A stretch of DNA of 64,000 bases from Nitrospirota bacterium (GTDB taxonomy: Bacteria > Nitrospirota > JACRHL01): contig JAOUMB010000004.1 in NCBI GenBank assembly GCA_029881725.1, positions 26,729-90,728 on the forward strand. The letters run 5' to 3'. The position numbers and the translations under genes were made by a program. A model generated the notes under the pieces. The model did not search any database. It was not told the DNA's origin and saw only the letters and a program-made list of their open reading frames with translations. Shown one piece after another: positions 10,201-19,909 of this stretch. Positions within the stretch are counted from its first letter, which is position 1, and every line of letters starts with the position of its first letter.

Positions 10201-11149
10201 TGCAGGAAGAGCCGGGACCGGCGGTGCAGCCGTAGCAGTGGTCCATGACCTGCACGCGGCGATCAATCAGATCGGCGTCGGTGGCGTCCTTGATGGTGAG
10301 GGGGCGGGCGCCGCCGATGCGCATGCGCAGCATTTGATTGAAATCGCAGTCGTAGACGTACCCTTCCCAATCGACACTGGCCAGTCCGGTACACATGACG
10401 AGTTCCAGGGTGTCCGGATTAAAGGCCTCGGCCAGGCGGCACATGTAGGCGTCGGTTTCGCCCTCCCGCGCCAGATATTCGGCAAACCGCGCAATGGGCA
10501 TGTTGGTGAGGGTGAACAGGTGGTTGAAAACGATGCCGTGGTCCGCTTGCAGCGCCTTTTTGTAATCCTCCTCCAGTTTGCTCTGGTCGCCGGGAAGGGA
10601 CATTCCGGGCGGGTTGTACACCAGATTCAGCACCAGTTCCGGGTCGTCTCCATAGCCCTGTTCGTTGAGCTTCTTAAGCGCCTGGATGCTCCGTTCGAAC
10701 ACCCCGTCCCCGCGTTGGGCATCCACGGTCTCGGCGGTGTAGCATGGCAGGGAGGCGATCACCTCCACCTTGTTCTCGCGGAAAAATCCGGGCAGATACC
10801 CCTGCCCCTGTTCGAAGATCACGGTCAGGTTGCTGCGCACGATGACCCGCTTGCCCAGTTTGACCGCCTCCTCCACCAGATAGCGGAAATTGGGGTTCAG
10901 TTCGGGGGCCCCGCCGGTGATGTCGAGGGTGGCGGCGGTGGAATCCCCCAGAAAGTCGAGCACGTGGTCGATGGTCTCCAGACTCATCTGTTCGGAGCGT
11001 CCGGGGCCGGCGTTCACATGGCAATGGGTGCAGGTCTGGTTGCAGAGTTTGCCCAGGTTGACCTGCAAGGTGTCCAGACGGGTGCGGCGCAGCATGACGC
11101 CCTGCTGGGAAATGCGCCGGGAAAACTGGGTGAAGGAGACGGTTTCCAT
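10184..11149 (-). CDS. radical SAM / Cys-rich domain protein (ArsS-like arsenosugar-biosynthesis family, tentative)
   Basis: CxxxCxxC radical SAM motif (CNQTCTHC) and a C-terminal Cys-rich tail (DHCYGCTAGPGSSCTGAL) resembling the rSAM/Cys-rich family. Confidence 0.65.
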   Translation of the reverse strand: METVSFTQFSRRISQQGVMLRRTRLDTLQVNLGKLCNQTCTHCHVNAGPGRSEQMSLETIDHVLDFLGDSTAATLDITGGAPELNPNFRYLVEEAVKLGKRVIVRSNLTVIFEQGQGYLPGFFRENKVEVIASLPCYTAETVDAQRGDGVFERSIQALKKLNEQGYGDDPELVLNLVYNPPGMSLPGDQSKLEEDYKKALQADHGIVFNHLFTLTNMPIARFAEYLAREGETDAYMCRLAEAFNPDTLELVMCTGLASVDWEGYVYDCDFNQMLRMRIGGARPLTIKDATDADLIDRRVQVMDHCYGCTAGPGSSCTGALR

Positions 11150-11378
11150 AATGTGGGTATCCTCGGTCTACACAATCGGTGCGGCTTCAGGGAAAAATAA
11201 CCGGTGAATGGGAACAATTATTCCAGCAATCCCCGGTTCTGACAACGGTGGAACGTCCCATCCCCTTGTTTCATACAGTAAAACGTGGCGAAATAGTGGG
11301 TCCGGCGTGCCATCCGCACGGTTTTTTGCATGTCCCGGGCTGCCCATGGCACCGAAATAGCATTTAATTTCTGCGAAT

Positions 11379-13412
11379 ATGCGTCCGAATACCGTCCAAA
11401 ACGCGTCCCGCTTGTTGCTGAGGCTGCTGTTGCCGCTGGGTCTGATGGCCCTGCTGGCGTCCTGCGGCCCCGGCGGCGACAATACCATGGCCACCTCGAC
11501 GCCGATGACCGGAGTGGTGAAGGTGCCCGCCGGGGTGCAACTGGCCAAGCCGACCCTGCTTTCCCGGGCGGGGGAGTTCCTGTCGTCCACGGCCTGGGCG
11601 CTGTCCGGCATGGAGGCGGTGGGCGGCAATGTGGAAGTACGCCTGTACGCCATTGACCTGACCGGCGTTCAGGTGGGCCCGACACTGGCTTCCACCACCA
11701 CCGACGGGAACGGGCGTTACCGCATTACGGTCCCCAGCCGGGATACCTATCAACCCCACACACCCTGGGTGCTGGCGGTGGGCAGCGCGGCCAATGGCAC
11801 CCTGATGCGGCGCCTGATCGATGATGTTGTCGCGGTAAGCACGGACCGCGACGTCGACCCGGCCAGCGAGGCCACCGTGCGCCTGTTGTTACAGGACAAC
11901 GACCCACTGGACTGGACGCGAGTCTCCCGCACGGAGATGGCGGACCTGAACAACCTGGTGGCTACTGCCGCCAAGAGCGCCTCCGGGAGCAGCATCAATA
12001 ACGTGGCCGACCTGGCCCTGGAGTTCGCCCGCGATTACGAGCCGCTGCAACGGGCGCTGGCGGCGGCGACCAGTACCGAAACCAACGCCCGTCCGGTGGC
12101 TCTGGCCGGGGTGGACCGGCGCCTGGTGACGCAGACGCTGGTCAACGTGCGTGGTGTGGGTATCGACTCCGACAGCCCCAACCTGAGCTATCAGTGGACC
12201 GTGGACGCCATCCCTTCCGGGTCCAACGTAAACCGCACACCACCCAATGGACCGGAGTTCGCGTTTCAACCGGACGTGGACGGCGTGTACCGGCTAAAAC
12301 TGGTAATTGACGACGGAATCCAACTCAGCCCGCCGGATTATGCCCTGTACATCGCCACCACACCGGCGATTCCACTGACCATCAACAACAATGCCCAATC
12401 CGAGGGGCGGCTGAACGCGGGACGCAGCCGGCTGGTCTACACCAACACCGTGCGGGACGCCAAGAACAACCACAACTACACCGACGTGGAAATCCAGAGC
12501 ACCAGCGCGCTCGGACCCACCGGGCCGCCCTTGGTCATGTTTCCGCCGGGTGCGACCCTCCTCGACCATGTGTTCAAGACCTCGGAGATCAACCCGTACA
12601 TCTCGGCGGACGGCGCCATGGTAGTCTACGCCACCGACATGGACCCGGCCAATCCGGGATTCGGCGGCTCCGACTTCGAAATCGTTGCCTACGACTACAA
12701 TTTCAACAATGCCATGTGGCTGACCAACAACAGCGCCCTGGAACGGCAACCGGTGGTGGAGTGCCCCTCCCCGTCGCTGTGCGTCGTGGTGTTCCTGCGG
12801 GATGCCACCGCAGCGGGCACGCACTTGATCTCACGCATCCTGAACAACCCCGGCACCGGGTTTGTATTGGGGCCCGAACTGCAGCTGACCATTGGTGTTG
12901 GCAACCGCTTTTCACCGCGCCTTACGGCGGATGGTGCCTGGGTCTATTACCAGGACCGGGGCAGTACCTCCCCCGCGGACCCCTACGACGGCGACCTGGA
13001 GGTTTTCCGCATCCGCACCGACGGCAGCATGGCCGGCATCCCGGAGCAGATCACCATCAACGACGTACAGGATGATCAGCTGGCCATTGACCTCACCGGC
13101 GACAATCTGGTGGTTCGCAGGTTGTCGGAGGTCTGGTGGATCACCCCGGCCACCTCCACCGAAGTGCTGATATCCGGTTCCCAGTTGATCGCCTACACGC
13201 CCTCCCTGGCCGGAAATGGAACGGCCGCCGCGTTCGTGGCCGATACCACCGAGGGCAAGGACCTGTTTGTGGCGAGCCCGGACGGCTTCACACGTACCCG
13301 CCTGACCGCCGACGGGACGATCAGCTATCCTCAGATGTCTGACACCGGACTGCACGTCATGTTCCGCTCCGACGTGGACGGCGACCACGACTACTACCTG
13401 CTGTTACGCTAA
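11379..13412 (+). CDS. large lipoprotein with a PKD-like domain and C-terminal PD40/TolB-like beta-propeller repeats
   Basis: Signal peptide plus lipobox (LLASCG). A central PKD-like segment (SYQWTVDAIPSGSNV...DGVYRLKLVIDDG). C-terminal repeats of type DG.WV.Y....D....D.EVF. Confidence 0.55.
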   Translation: MRPNTVQNASRLLLRLLLPLGLMALLASCGPGGDNTMATSTPMTGVVKVPAGVQLAKPTLLSRAGEFLSSTAWALSGMEAVGGNVEVRLYAIDLTGVQVGPTLASTTTDGNGRYRITVPSRDTYQPHTPWVLAVGSAANGTLMRRLIDDVVAVSTDRDVDPASEATVRLLLQDNDPLDWTRVSRTEMADLNNLVATAAKSASGSSINNVADLALEFARDYEPLQRALAAATSTETNARPVALAGVDRRLVTQTLVNVRGVGIDSDSPNLSYQWTVDAIPSGSNVNRTPPNGPEFAFQPDVDGVYRLKLVIDDGIQLSPPDYALYIATTPAIPLTINNNAQSEGRLNAGRSRLVYTNTVRDAKNNHNYTDVEIQSTSALGPTGPPLVMFPPGATLLDHVFKTSEINPYISADGAMVVYATDMDPANPGFGGSDFEIVAYDYNFNNAMWLTNNSALERQPVVECPSPSLCVVVFLRDATAAGTHLISRILNNPGTGFVLGPELQLTIGVGNRFSPRLTADGAWVYYQDRGSTSPADPYDGDLEVFRIRTDGSMAGIPEQITINDVQDDQLAIDLTGDNLVVRRLSEVWWITPATSTEVLISGSQLIAYTPSLAGNGTAAAFVADTTEGKDLFVASPDGFTRTRLTADGTISYPQMSDTGLHVMFRSDVDGDHDYYLLLR

Positions 13413-13420
13413 GTATTCCG

Positions 13421-14173
13421 TTAGTTTTCAACTTCGTCGGGATACCCGACCGACATGAGGGTGAGTCCCCAGGCCGGAGCGGTTTCCCCTGCCACGGTCC
13501 GGTCCCGGGCGGCCAGCACCTGGGCGGCCCAGCCGGGGGGCCGTCTGCCACGCCCGATTTCGATCAGGGTACCCACCAGATTGCGCACCATCTGCTTCAG
13601 AAACGCCGGGCCTTCCACATCAAACACCACCTCATCGTCCATGCGGACCACATCCAGCCGGGTAATGGTGCGCCGTGGATGGCTGGCGCCGCAGCCGGAC
13701 GCGCGGAAACTGGTGAAGTCGTGCTCGCCAAGCAAGCATAGGGCTGCGGACTGCATGGCCGCCACATCCAGCGGCACCGGCACATACCAGCACACCCCGC
13801 GCCGGAACGGGCAGCGCACCGGGCGATTCAGCACCCGGTACCGGTAGTGCTTGTGATGGGACGCATGGCGGGCATGAAAGTCATCGGCCACCGGTGCCGC
13901 ATCCAGCACCGCGATGTCGCGCGGAAGCTGCGCATTCAGGGCGCGCACCCAAACGGCCGCATCGTGACCGGAGGCGGTATCGAAGTGGGCCACCTGCCCC
14001 AGGGCATGGACACCGGCATCGGTGCGCCCCGCCGCCGTCAGGGCCACCGGGGTCCCCTCCACCCGCGCCAGCACCGCTTCAATGGTCTGCTGGATGGAGG
14101 GTGCGTTGGGCTGGGCCTGCCAGCCGCTGTAGGCCGCGCCGTCATAGGCCAGGGTCAGACGGATGCGGGTCAC
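13421..14173 (-). CDS. truA: tRNA pseudouridine(38-40) synthase
   Basis: RIRLTLAYDGAAYSGWQAQ...AAGRTDAGVHALGQVAHFDT with the catalytic Asp. GTG start at 14173 overlaps the upstream transporter stop (GTGA). The upstream part of the 630-aa track ORF is a shadow of the transporter gene. Confidence 0.85.
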   Translation of the reverse strand: MTRIRLTLAYDGAAYSGWQAQPNAPSIQQTIEAVLARVEGTPVALTAAGRTDAGVHALGQVAHFDTASGHDAAVWVRALNAQLPRDIAVLDAAPVADDFHARHASHHKHYRYRVLNRPVRCPFRRGVCWYVPVPLDVAAMQSAALCLLGEHDFTSFRASGCGASHPRRTITRLDVVRMDDEVVFDVEGPAFLKQMVRNLVGTLIEIGRGRRPPGWAAQVLAARDRTVAGETAPAWGLTLMSVGYPDEVEN

Positions 14174-15717
14174 CTGCCCGCCGTCCAGTCCGGAATCACG
14201 CCCCCGTCGATGCCGAATACCGGCATGGCCAGCAGATAGATGACCAGGGTTATCAGCACCGCACCGATCAGATTGAGGCTCAGCCCGGCCATGGCCATCT
14301 GGCGGATGCGCACATATCCGCTGCCGAACACGATGGCGTTGGGTGGAGTGGCCACCGGCATCATGAACGCGCAGGAGGCGGACAGGGCGGCGGGCAGCAT
14401 AAACAGGATCGGGTTCTCCCCCACCGATACCGCCACAGCCGCCAGTACCGGCATGAACAGGGTGGTAATGGCGGTGTTGGAGGTGATCTCGGTCAAAAAC
14501 GTCACCAGCAGGCAGATCATCAACACGGTAAACACCAGCGGCAGGGTGGACAGGCCGGAAAAGGCCCCACCGATCCACTCGGACAGGCCGGTCTTGCCGA
14601 CCCCCGCGGCCAGCGCCAGTCCGCCCCCGAACAGCACCAGCAGTCCCCACGGGATGGTGCTGGCCGTTTCCCAGTCCAGAAGCCGCCGGTTGCCGGTATT
14701 TTCGCCCTGGGTGGGGGTGCCGGAGGGGATTACAAACAGTGCCAGCGCGGCCAGCACCGCCACGGTGGCATCGTTGACCCAGGCGCCGACGCTCAGCAGG
14801 TCGGCCCAGCCCGGAATGCTGGCGAACCCCAGATCGATGGTCTTGCGAAAGATCCACAACAGGGCGGCGGCCAGAAACACCCATGCCACGCGCAATTCCG
14901 GCCCCTTCAGGGGCGGCAGTTCCGCCAGTTTGGTGGCGATCACCGTGCGCCCTCCGGGGAGCTCCGAACGATGAATGGGAAACGCCACGCGGGTGAGATA
15001 AAAAAACGTCAGTGGGATGAACACCAGCACCAGGGGCAGCGCCACCTGCATCCAATCCAGAAAGGAAATCTCCGGCGCGTCCGGGAATATCTGCCCCAGT
15101 TGCCCCACGAACACCACGTTGGGGGCGGTGCCCACCAGGGTTCCCATGCCGCCGATGTTGGCCGCATAGGCCACCCCCAGCATCATGGCGGTGGCGGTGC
15201 GCAGCAGATCCGGGTCGTCCTCCACTCTGGTGCCACCGATCAGGGCCGCCTCGTTCAGAATGGCCAGACCGATGGGCAGCATGATCAGGGCCGTGGCGGT
15301 ATTGCTGATCCACATGGACAGGAACGCGGTAGCCACCATCATGCCCAGAATCAACCGGCGCGGCGAGGTGCCCACCTTGCTGACGATCTGCAGGGCGATT
15401 CGCTCATGCAGATTCCACCGCTCGATGGCCCGCGCCAGCATGAACCCGCCCATAAACAGATAGATCAGGTAGTGGCCATAGGCGGAGGCCATCTCTCCGG
15501 CCTTCAGAATGTGCAGCATGGGGAAGGCCACCAGCGGCACCAGTCCGGTGACGTAGATGGGCACCGCCTCGGTGATCCACCACACGGCCATCCACAGGGC
15601 CACGCCGGCGGTGCGCTGCCCCGCGGGGGAAAGCCCCTCCGCCTGGGGCAATGCCCACACCAGCAGAAACACCAGAGGCCCGGCAATCAGGCCGATATTG
15701 CTTATCCGGTCACGCAT
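14170..15717 (-). CDS. DASS (SLC13) family divalent-anion:Na+ symporter
   Basis: Two hairpin-tip SNT motifs (SNTATALIMLPI and SNTAITTLFMPV) and about 12 TM segments. ATG at 15717 (MRDRISNIGL) checked by base indexing. Confidence 0.8.
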   Translation of the reverse strand: MRDRISNIGLIAGPLVFLLVWALPQAEGLSPAGQRTAGVALWMAVWWITEAVPIYVTGLVPLVAFPMLHILKAGEMASAYGHYLIYLFMGGFMLARAIERWNLHERIALQIVSKVGTSPRRLILGMMVATAFLSMWISNTATALIMLPIGLAILNEAALIGGTRVEDDPDLLRTATAMMLGVAYAANIGGMGTLVGTAPNVVFVGQLGQIFPDAPEISFLDWMQVALPLVLVFIPLTFFYLTRVAFPIHRSELPGGRTVIATKLAELPPLKGPELRVAWVFLAAALLWIFRKTIDLGFASIPGWADLLSVGAWVNDATVAVLAALALFVIPSGTPTQGENTGNRRLLDWETASTIPWGLLVLFGGGLALAAGVGKTGLSEWIGGAFSGLSTLPLVFTVLMICLLVTFLTEITSNTAITTLFMPVLAAVAVSVGENPILFMLPAALSASCAFMMPVATPPNAIVFGSGYVRIRQMAMAGLSLNLIGAVLITLVIYLLAMPVFGIDGGVIPDWTAGR

Positions 15718-15869
15718 GCATGCTCCCTTGCTGGCCGCGATGATACCGCGCCGGGCATGGCGATAAAAGGCGATGCATTGCACAGCGGCGCGGATTTGGG
15801 TACCGTCCCTCCCATGCAACACTCCATTTTTATGTTTTCCACCGCCGCCCGGCGGAGCGGGGGGGCCTG

Positions 15870-16460
15870 ATGGCCGGGGACTTGCGCATCATCGGCGGCA
15901 GCGCCCGGGGACGCCGCCTAGCGTCGGCGCCGGGGCAGGAAGTGCGCCCCACCTCGTCCCGGGTGCGGGAGGCCATCTTCAGTATTTTGATGGACCGGGT
16001 GCCCGGCGCCCAGGTGTTGGACCTGTTTGCCGGGGTTGGAACCCTGGGCCTCGAGGCCCTGTCCCGGGGAGCCGCAGCCGTGCTGTTTCTGGAGCAGAAC
16101 CCGCGCCACGCGGCCGCCATCAACAGCAGCCTGGAAACGCTCGGGTTCGACGACCGGGGACGGGTGATGCGCATGGATGTGGTGCGTTTTCTGGCGCGGG
16201 GCCGCGCCGCCCGTCCGGCGGGCGGCTTCGACGTGGTGTTTGTGGATCCTCCTTACGCCGCCGGGCAGCTGGAAACCACATTGCCCCTGTTGGCCACCGC
16301 CGATATAATCGCGCCCGGCGGTGTGGCCGTGGTGGAACACGGTGCGGAACTGGCTGCCAAAACCACCGCCGGGTGGGAGAAGGGGCGGACCTACCGCTAC
16401 GGAAAAACCAGCGTCACCCTGCTGTTCCCGGACAGTCCGGACCAGGGTGACACCCCATGA
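15870..16460 (+). CDS. rsmD: 16S rRNA (guanine966-N2)-methyltransferase
   Basis: RIIGGSARGRRL N-terminus and DPPY motif (VFVDPPYAAG). Conserved position upstream of coaD. Confidence 0.85.
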   Translation: MAGDLRIIGGSARGRRLASAPGQEVRPTSSRVREAIFSILMDRVPGAQVLDLFAGVGTLGLEALSRGAAAVLFLEQNPRHAAAINSSLETLGFDDRGRVMRMDVVRFLARGRAARPAGGFDVVFVDPPYAAGQLETTLPLLATADIIAPGGVAVVEHGAELAAKTTAGWEKGRTYRYGKTSVTLLFPDSPDQGDTP

Positions 16461-16954
16461 GCCCCCAAATGCCACGCCACGCCATCTATCCCGGAACCTT
16501 CGACCCGGTCACCAACGGCCATCTGGACATCCTGCATCGGGGGCTGGCGGTGTTCGGTCAGGTAACCGTGGCGGTGTCGGAAAGCACCGCCAAGTCGCCC
16601 ATGTTCTCCCTGGACGAGCGACTGGAAATGCTGCGTCAGGCATTGGCGGACACCCCCCGTGTAACGGTGCTGCCGTTTTCCGGCCTGGTGGTGGAATTCG
16701 CCCGTGCGTGCGGCGCGGATGCCCTGCTGCGGGGCCTGCGGGCGGTATCGGACTTTGAATATGAATTGCAGATGGCCCTCATGAACCGGCGTCTGGCGGA
16801 CGATATCGAAACCGTCTTCCTGATGCCGAGCGAGGAGTATACTTACCTCTCTTCCAGCATCGTGAGGTCGGTTGCCACCGCCGGTGGCGAAGTGGATTCC
16901 CTGGTGCCCGCCGGTGTGGCGGAGCGGCTCAAGCAAAAAAAGGCAAGCGGATGA
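16457..16954 (+). CDS. coaD: phosphopantetheine adenylyltransferase
   Basis: AIYPGTFDPVTNGHLDI (T/HxGH nucleotidyltransferase motif) and a length of 165 aa. 4-nt overlap with rsmD. Confidence 0.9.
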   Translation: MSPQMPRHAIYPGTFDPVTNGHLDILHRGLAVFGQVTVAVSESTAKSPMFSLDERLEMLRQALADTPRVTVLPFSGLVVEFARACGADALLRGLRAVSDFEYELQMALMNRRLADDIETVFLMPSEEYTYLSSSIVRSVATAGGEVDSLVPAGVAERLKQKKASG

Positions 16955-18219
16955 GCGACGTGTCGAGTGAATCGCCCCTGGCCGGGCGGCTCAAAAAGAT
17001 CAAACCCTCCCCCACCCTGCGCATCACCGCCGAGGCGGCGCGCCTGAAAAGCGAGGGCGTGGATATCGTCAGCCTGGCTGCGGGCGAGCCCGATTTTGGC
17101 GTGCCCGAGCACGTGCAGGAGGCCGCCATCGCCTCCATTCGCGACGGCAAAAGCCGCTACACGCCATCGGCGGGCATTCCGGAACTGCGCAAGGCCATTG
17201 CCCAAAAGCTCAGGACCGACAACGGCCTGGACTACACGCCGGACGAGATCACCGTGGGCTGCGGAGCCAAGAACATTCTGTTCACCCTGGCCCAGGTGCT
17301 GTTCGACCCCAAGGACGAGATCGTCATCCCGGCCCCCTACTGGGTTACCTATCCGGATCAGGCGTTTTTGAACGATGCCCGCCCGCTGATGATCCGCACC
17401 CGCGAGGCGGACGGTTTCACCGTGCATCCGGACGTGCTCAGGAAGGCCGTGGGACGCAAGACCAAGGCCATCATCCTCAACAACCCGTGCAACCCCACCG
17501 GGGCCGGCTATACCCGCGAGCAGCTGGAGCAGATCGCGGAAATCGCCCTGGAGTGCGGGGCGTGGATCATCTCGGACGAAATTTACGAAAAGATCGTCTA
17601 CGATGATTTCGAGTTCGTCGCCACCGCCTCCCTGTCCCCGCAGGTAAAGGCACGCACCATTACCGTCAACGGCCTGTCCAAGAGCCACGCCATGACCGGC
17701 TGGCGCATGGGCTATGCCGCCGGTCCCGCCGAAATCATCAAGGCGATGACCATGGTGCAGAGCCAGAACATCTCCAACGTCACCTCCACCGTGCAATGGG
17801 CATCGGTAGCGGCCTTGACAGGCGATCAATCGTGCTTAAAAGAAATGGTGGCGGCCTTCCAGCAACGCAAGGACTACGTGGTCCAGCGGTTGAACGGTAT
17901 GGAGGGCATCTGGTGTTTCGAGCCGAAGGGGGCATTTTACGCCTTCCCGCGCATCGCCCACTACTTTGCCATGGTGGATGCGGACGGCAACGAATACAAG
18001 GACTCCACCTCCCTGTGCGAATACCTGCTCAAGCAGGCGCTGGTGTCGGTGATTCCGGGGGCCGCCTTCGGGGGCGACGAGTACCTGCGGCTATCGTTCG
18101 CCACCTCGATGGACCAGTTGAAGGAAGGCCTGGATCGGATTGAACAGGCCCTGTCCCGGCTCAAGCCGGGGCCCCATTACGACAACTACCAGGCGCACCT
18201 GGAACAGAAGCGGTTTTGA
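16951..18219 (+). CDS. class I/II pyridoxal-phosphate aminotransferase, aspartate aminotransferase-like
   Basis: N-terminus of type IKPSPTLRITAEAARLKSEGVDIVSLAAGEPDF, the PLP-Lys region (SKSHAMTGWRMGY), and a length of 422 aa. Confidence 0.8.
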   Translation: MSDVSSESPLAGRLKKIKPSPTLRITAEAARLKSEGVDIVSLAAGEPDFGVPEHVQEAAIASIRDGKSRYTPSAGIPELRKAIAQKLRTDNGLDYTPDEITVGCGAKNILFTLAQVLFDPKDEIVIPAPYWVTYPDQAFLNDARPLMIRTREADGFTVHPDVLRKAVGRKTKAIILNNPCNPTGAGYTREQLEQIAEIALECGAWIISDEIYEKIVYDDFEFVATASLSPQVKARTITVNGLSKSHAMTGWRMGYAAGPAEIIKAMTMVQSQNISNVTSTVQWASVAALTGDQSCLKEMVAAFQQRKDYVVQRLNGMEGIWCFEPKGAFYAFPRIAHYFAMVDADGNEYKDSTSLCEYLLKQALVSVIPGAAFGGDEYLRLSFATSMDQLKEGLDRIEQALSRLKPGPHYDNYQAHLEQKRF

Positions 18220-18237
18220 CCGGAAACAGACAAACCC

Positions 18238-18540
18238 ATGCCGATATACGAATATCAATGTGAAAAGTGCGGGCACCTATTCGATGCCATCCAGAAGTAC
18301 ACCGACGACGCCCTGACCGACTGTCCCGAATGTGACGGCAGCGTGTCACGCTTGGTGTCCACCCCCGCCATCCAGTTCAAGGGCAGCGGTTTCTATATCA
18401 CCGACTACCAGAAGTCCGGCGGCTCTGGTGTGGCCAGCAGTGCCAGCGGACCCGGCAGTTCCGACAGCGGGAAAAAAACCACCGGAAAAAAAGCGGCCAG
18501 CAAAAAGGCTGGCGGCGGCAAGAAGACCGGCTCCACCTGA
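18238..18540 (+). CDS. FmdB-family zinc-ribbon protein with a Lys/Gly-rich tail
   Basis: MPIYEYQCEKCGH ... CPECDG CxxC pairs typical of the FmdB family. Confidence 0.7.
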   Translation: MPIYEYQCEKCGHLFDAIQKYTDDALTDCPECDGSVSRLVSTPAIQFKGSGFYITDYQKSGGSGVASSASGPGSSDSGKKTTGKKAASKKAGGGKKTGST

Positions 18541-18659
18541 ACCCCGCCCCGCCTCCCCCGAAACTAGGGGATTCCGGGGTGGAACGACGCGCGGCGGGAC
18601 GACGCACCTTGGCACCGTTCGCCAGAGCTTGAAACCAGAAATTTTGGGGAAATCCGCGG

Positions 18660-19799
18660 CTACGGGCGGCCCGCGTCCGGCTCCGCAGCCGGGGCCTCGA
18701 CAACCGTCGCCGGCGGCTCCAGACCTGTGTCTCCGGTGAAGATGCGCACGATGTCGTTGTAGAATGCAAATGCCATCAGCGCCAGCAGCAGGAACAAACC
18801 GGCCTGCTGCGCCACGTCACGCACCCGGTCGCTCACGGGGCGCCCACGCAGAGCCTCGGCAGCCAGAAACACCAGATGCCCGCCGTCCAGAACCGGAATC
18901 GGCAGCAGGTTGAGAATCCCCAGGTTGATGGAAAGCAGGGCCACGAACAGGGTCACGTTGAGCATCCCCTGATCCACCTGCTCGCCGGTCATCTGGGCGA
19001 TCAGGATCGGTCCGCCAATGGTACTGGCGGGAATCGCCCCCTGAATCAGCTTGGCGATGCCAAGCGCCATCATGTAGGTCACGTCCCAGGTTTTTTCAAG
19101 GCCCAGCCACATGGCGGCAACCGGGTTGTGGCGGCGGGTTTCAAAATCACCCTGCGGCTGGATGCCGATCAGCCACATGCCCACGTCTTCGCCAAACAGG
19201 TTTTTGCCGACGGTGTTCTGGGGGGTGATCGACAGGTGCAGGGTGGTCCTACCTCGCTCCACGGTCACCGGTAGCGTGGCCCCATGAGATTCCTGCACCA
19301 GGGCCCGGATATCGTCCCACTCGGTAACCTTGCCGTTACCGATCGCGGTGATGCGGTCGCCCACCTGCACCCCGGCAATGGCTGCCGGAGAATCCGCCTG
19401 CACGTCCCCCACAGTGGCCATCAGCATGGGCACGCCGGCCAGGAATACACCACAGAAGATCAGCGCCGCAGTCACCAGATTGAACAGGGGACCGGCAAAC
19501 ACGATGGCCATGCGCTGCCAGACGGTCTTGCCGGAAAAGGTCTCGTTCTTCTCGGATTCGGGCAGTTCCTCCTCCGGATCCTCACCGAACATCTTTACGT
19601 AGCCACCCAGGGGAATCGCCTTGAGGGCGTATTCCGTGTGACCGCGGGTGCGGGAGAACATGGTGGGGCCGAAGCCAATGGCAAAGGTGAGTACACGCAC
19701 CTTGCACCAACGGGCCACCAGAAAGTGCCCCAGCTCGTGCACGAAAATCAGCACGGCCAGCACGACGACGAAATATAGGGCGTAGAGAACGGTTTGCAT
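18660..19799 (-). CDS. rseP: RIP zinc metalloprotease RseP (site-2 protease) with a single PDZ domain
   Basis: HELGH zinc motif in TM1, a PDZ segment, and a C-terminal LDGG motif. ATG at 19799 (MQTVLYALYF) checked by base indexing. Confidence 0.8.
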   Translation of the reverse strand: MQTVLYALYFVVVLAVLIFVHELGHFLVARWCKVRVLTFAIGFGPTMFSRTRGHTEYALKAIPLGGYVKMFGEDPEEELPESEKNETFSGKTVWQRMAIVFAGPLFNLVTAALIFCGVFLAGVPMLMATVGDVQADSPAAIAGVQVGDRITAIGNGKVTEWDDIRALVQESHGATLPVTVERGRTTLHLSITPQNTVGKNLFGEDVGMWLIGIQPQGDFETRRHNPVAAMWLGLEKTWDVTYMMALGIAKLIQGAIPASTIGGPILIAQMTGEQVDQGMLNVTLFVALLSINLGILNLLPIPVLDGGHLVFLAAEALRGRPVSDRVRDVAQQAGLFLLLALMAFAFYNDIVRIFTGDTGLEPPATVVEAPAAEPDAGRP

Positions 19800-19909
19800 G
19801 GCGATGGATATCTTTCGGCCCGTCCGGGACCGCACCTTAAGGAAAAAAGGGGGGGAGTGGCCGACGGGTCCTAGTCTACCCGCCCGCCGGAATTTGCGTC
19901 AATGGAAAG

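Noticed and set aside
9913-10248. 111-aa plus-strand ORF spanning the tandem repeat
   Set aside because: Its internal peptide repeat (…EARSPPTA… twice) simply mirrors the DNA duplication. It lies in an intergenic region with no RBS. The repeat element is the more likely explanation.
8300-11200. 966-aa ORF on the plus strand
   Set aside because: Antisense across dapF, the small membrane protein gene, the dgt-like gene and the rSAM gene. No domain signatures. GC-driven open frame.
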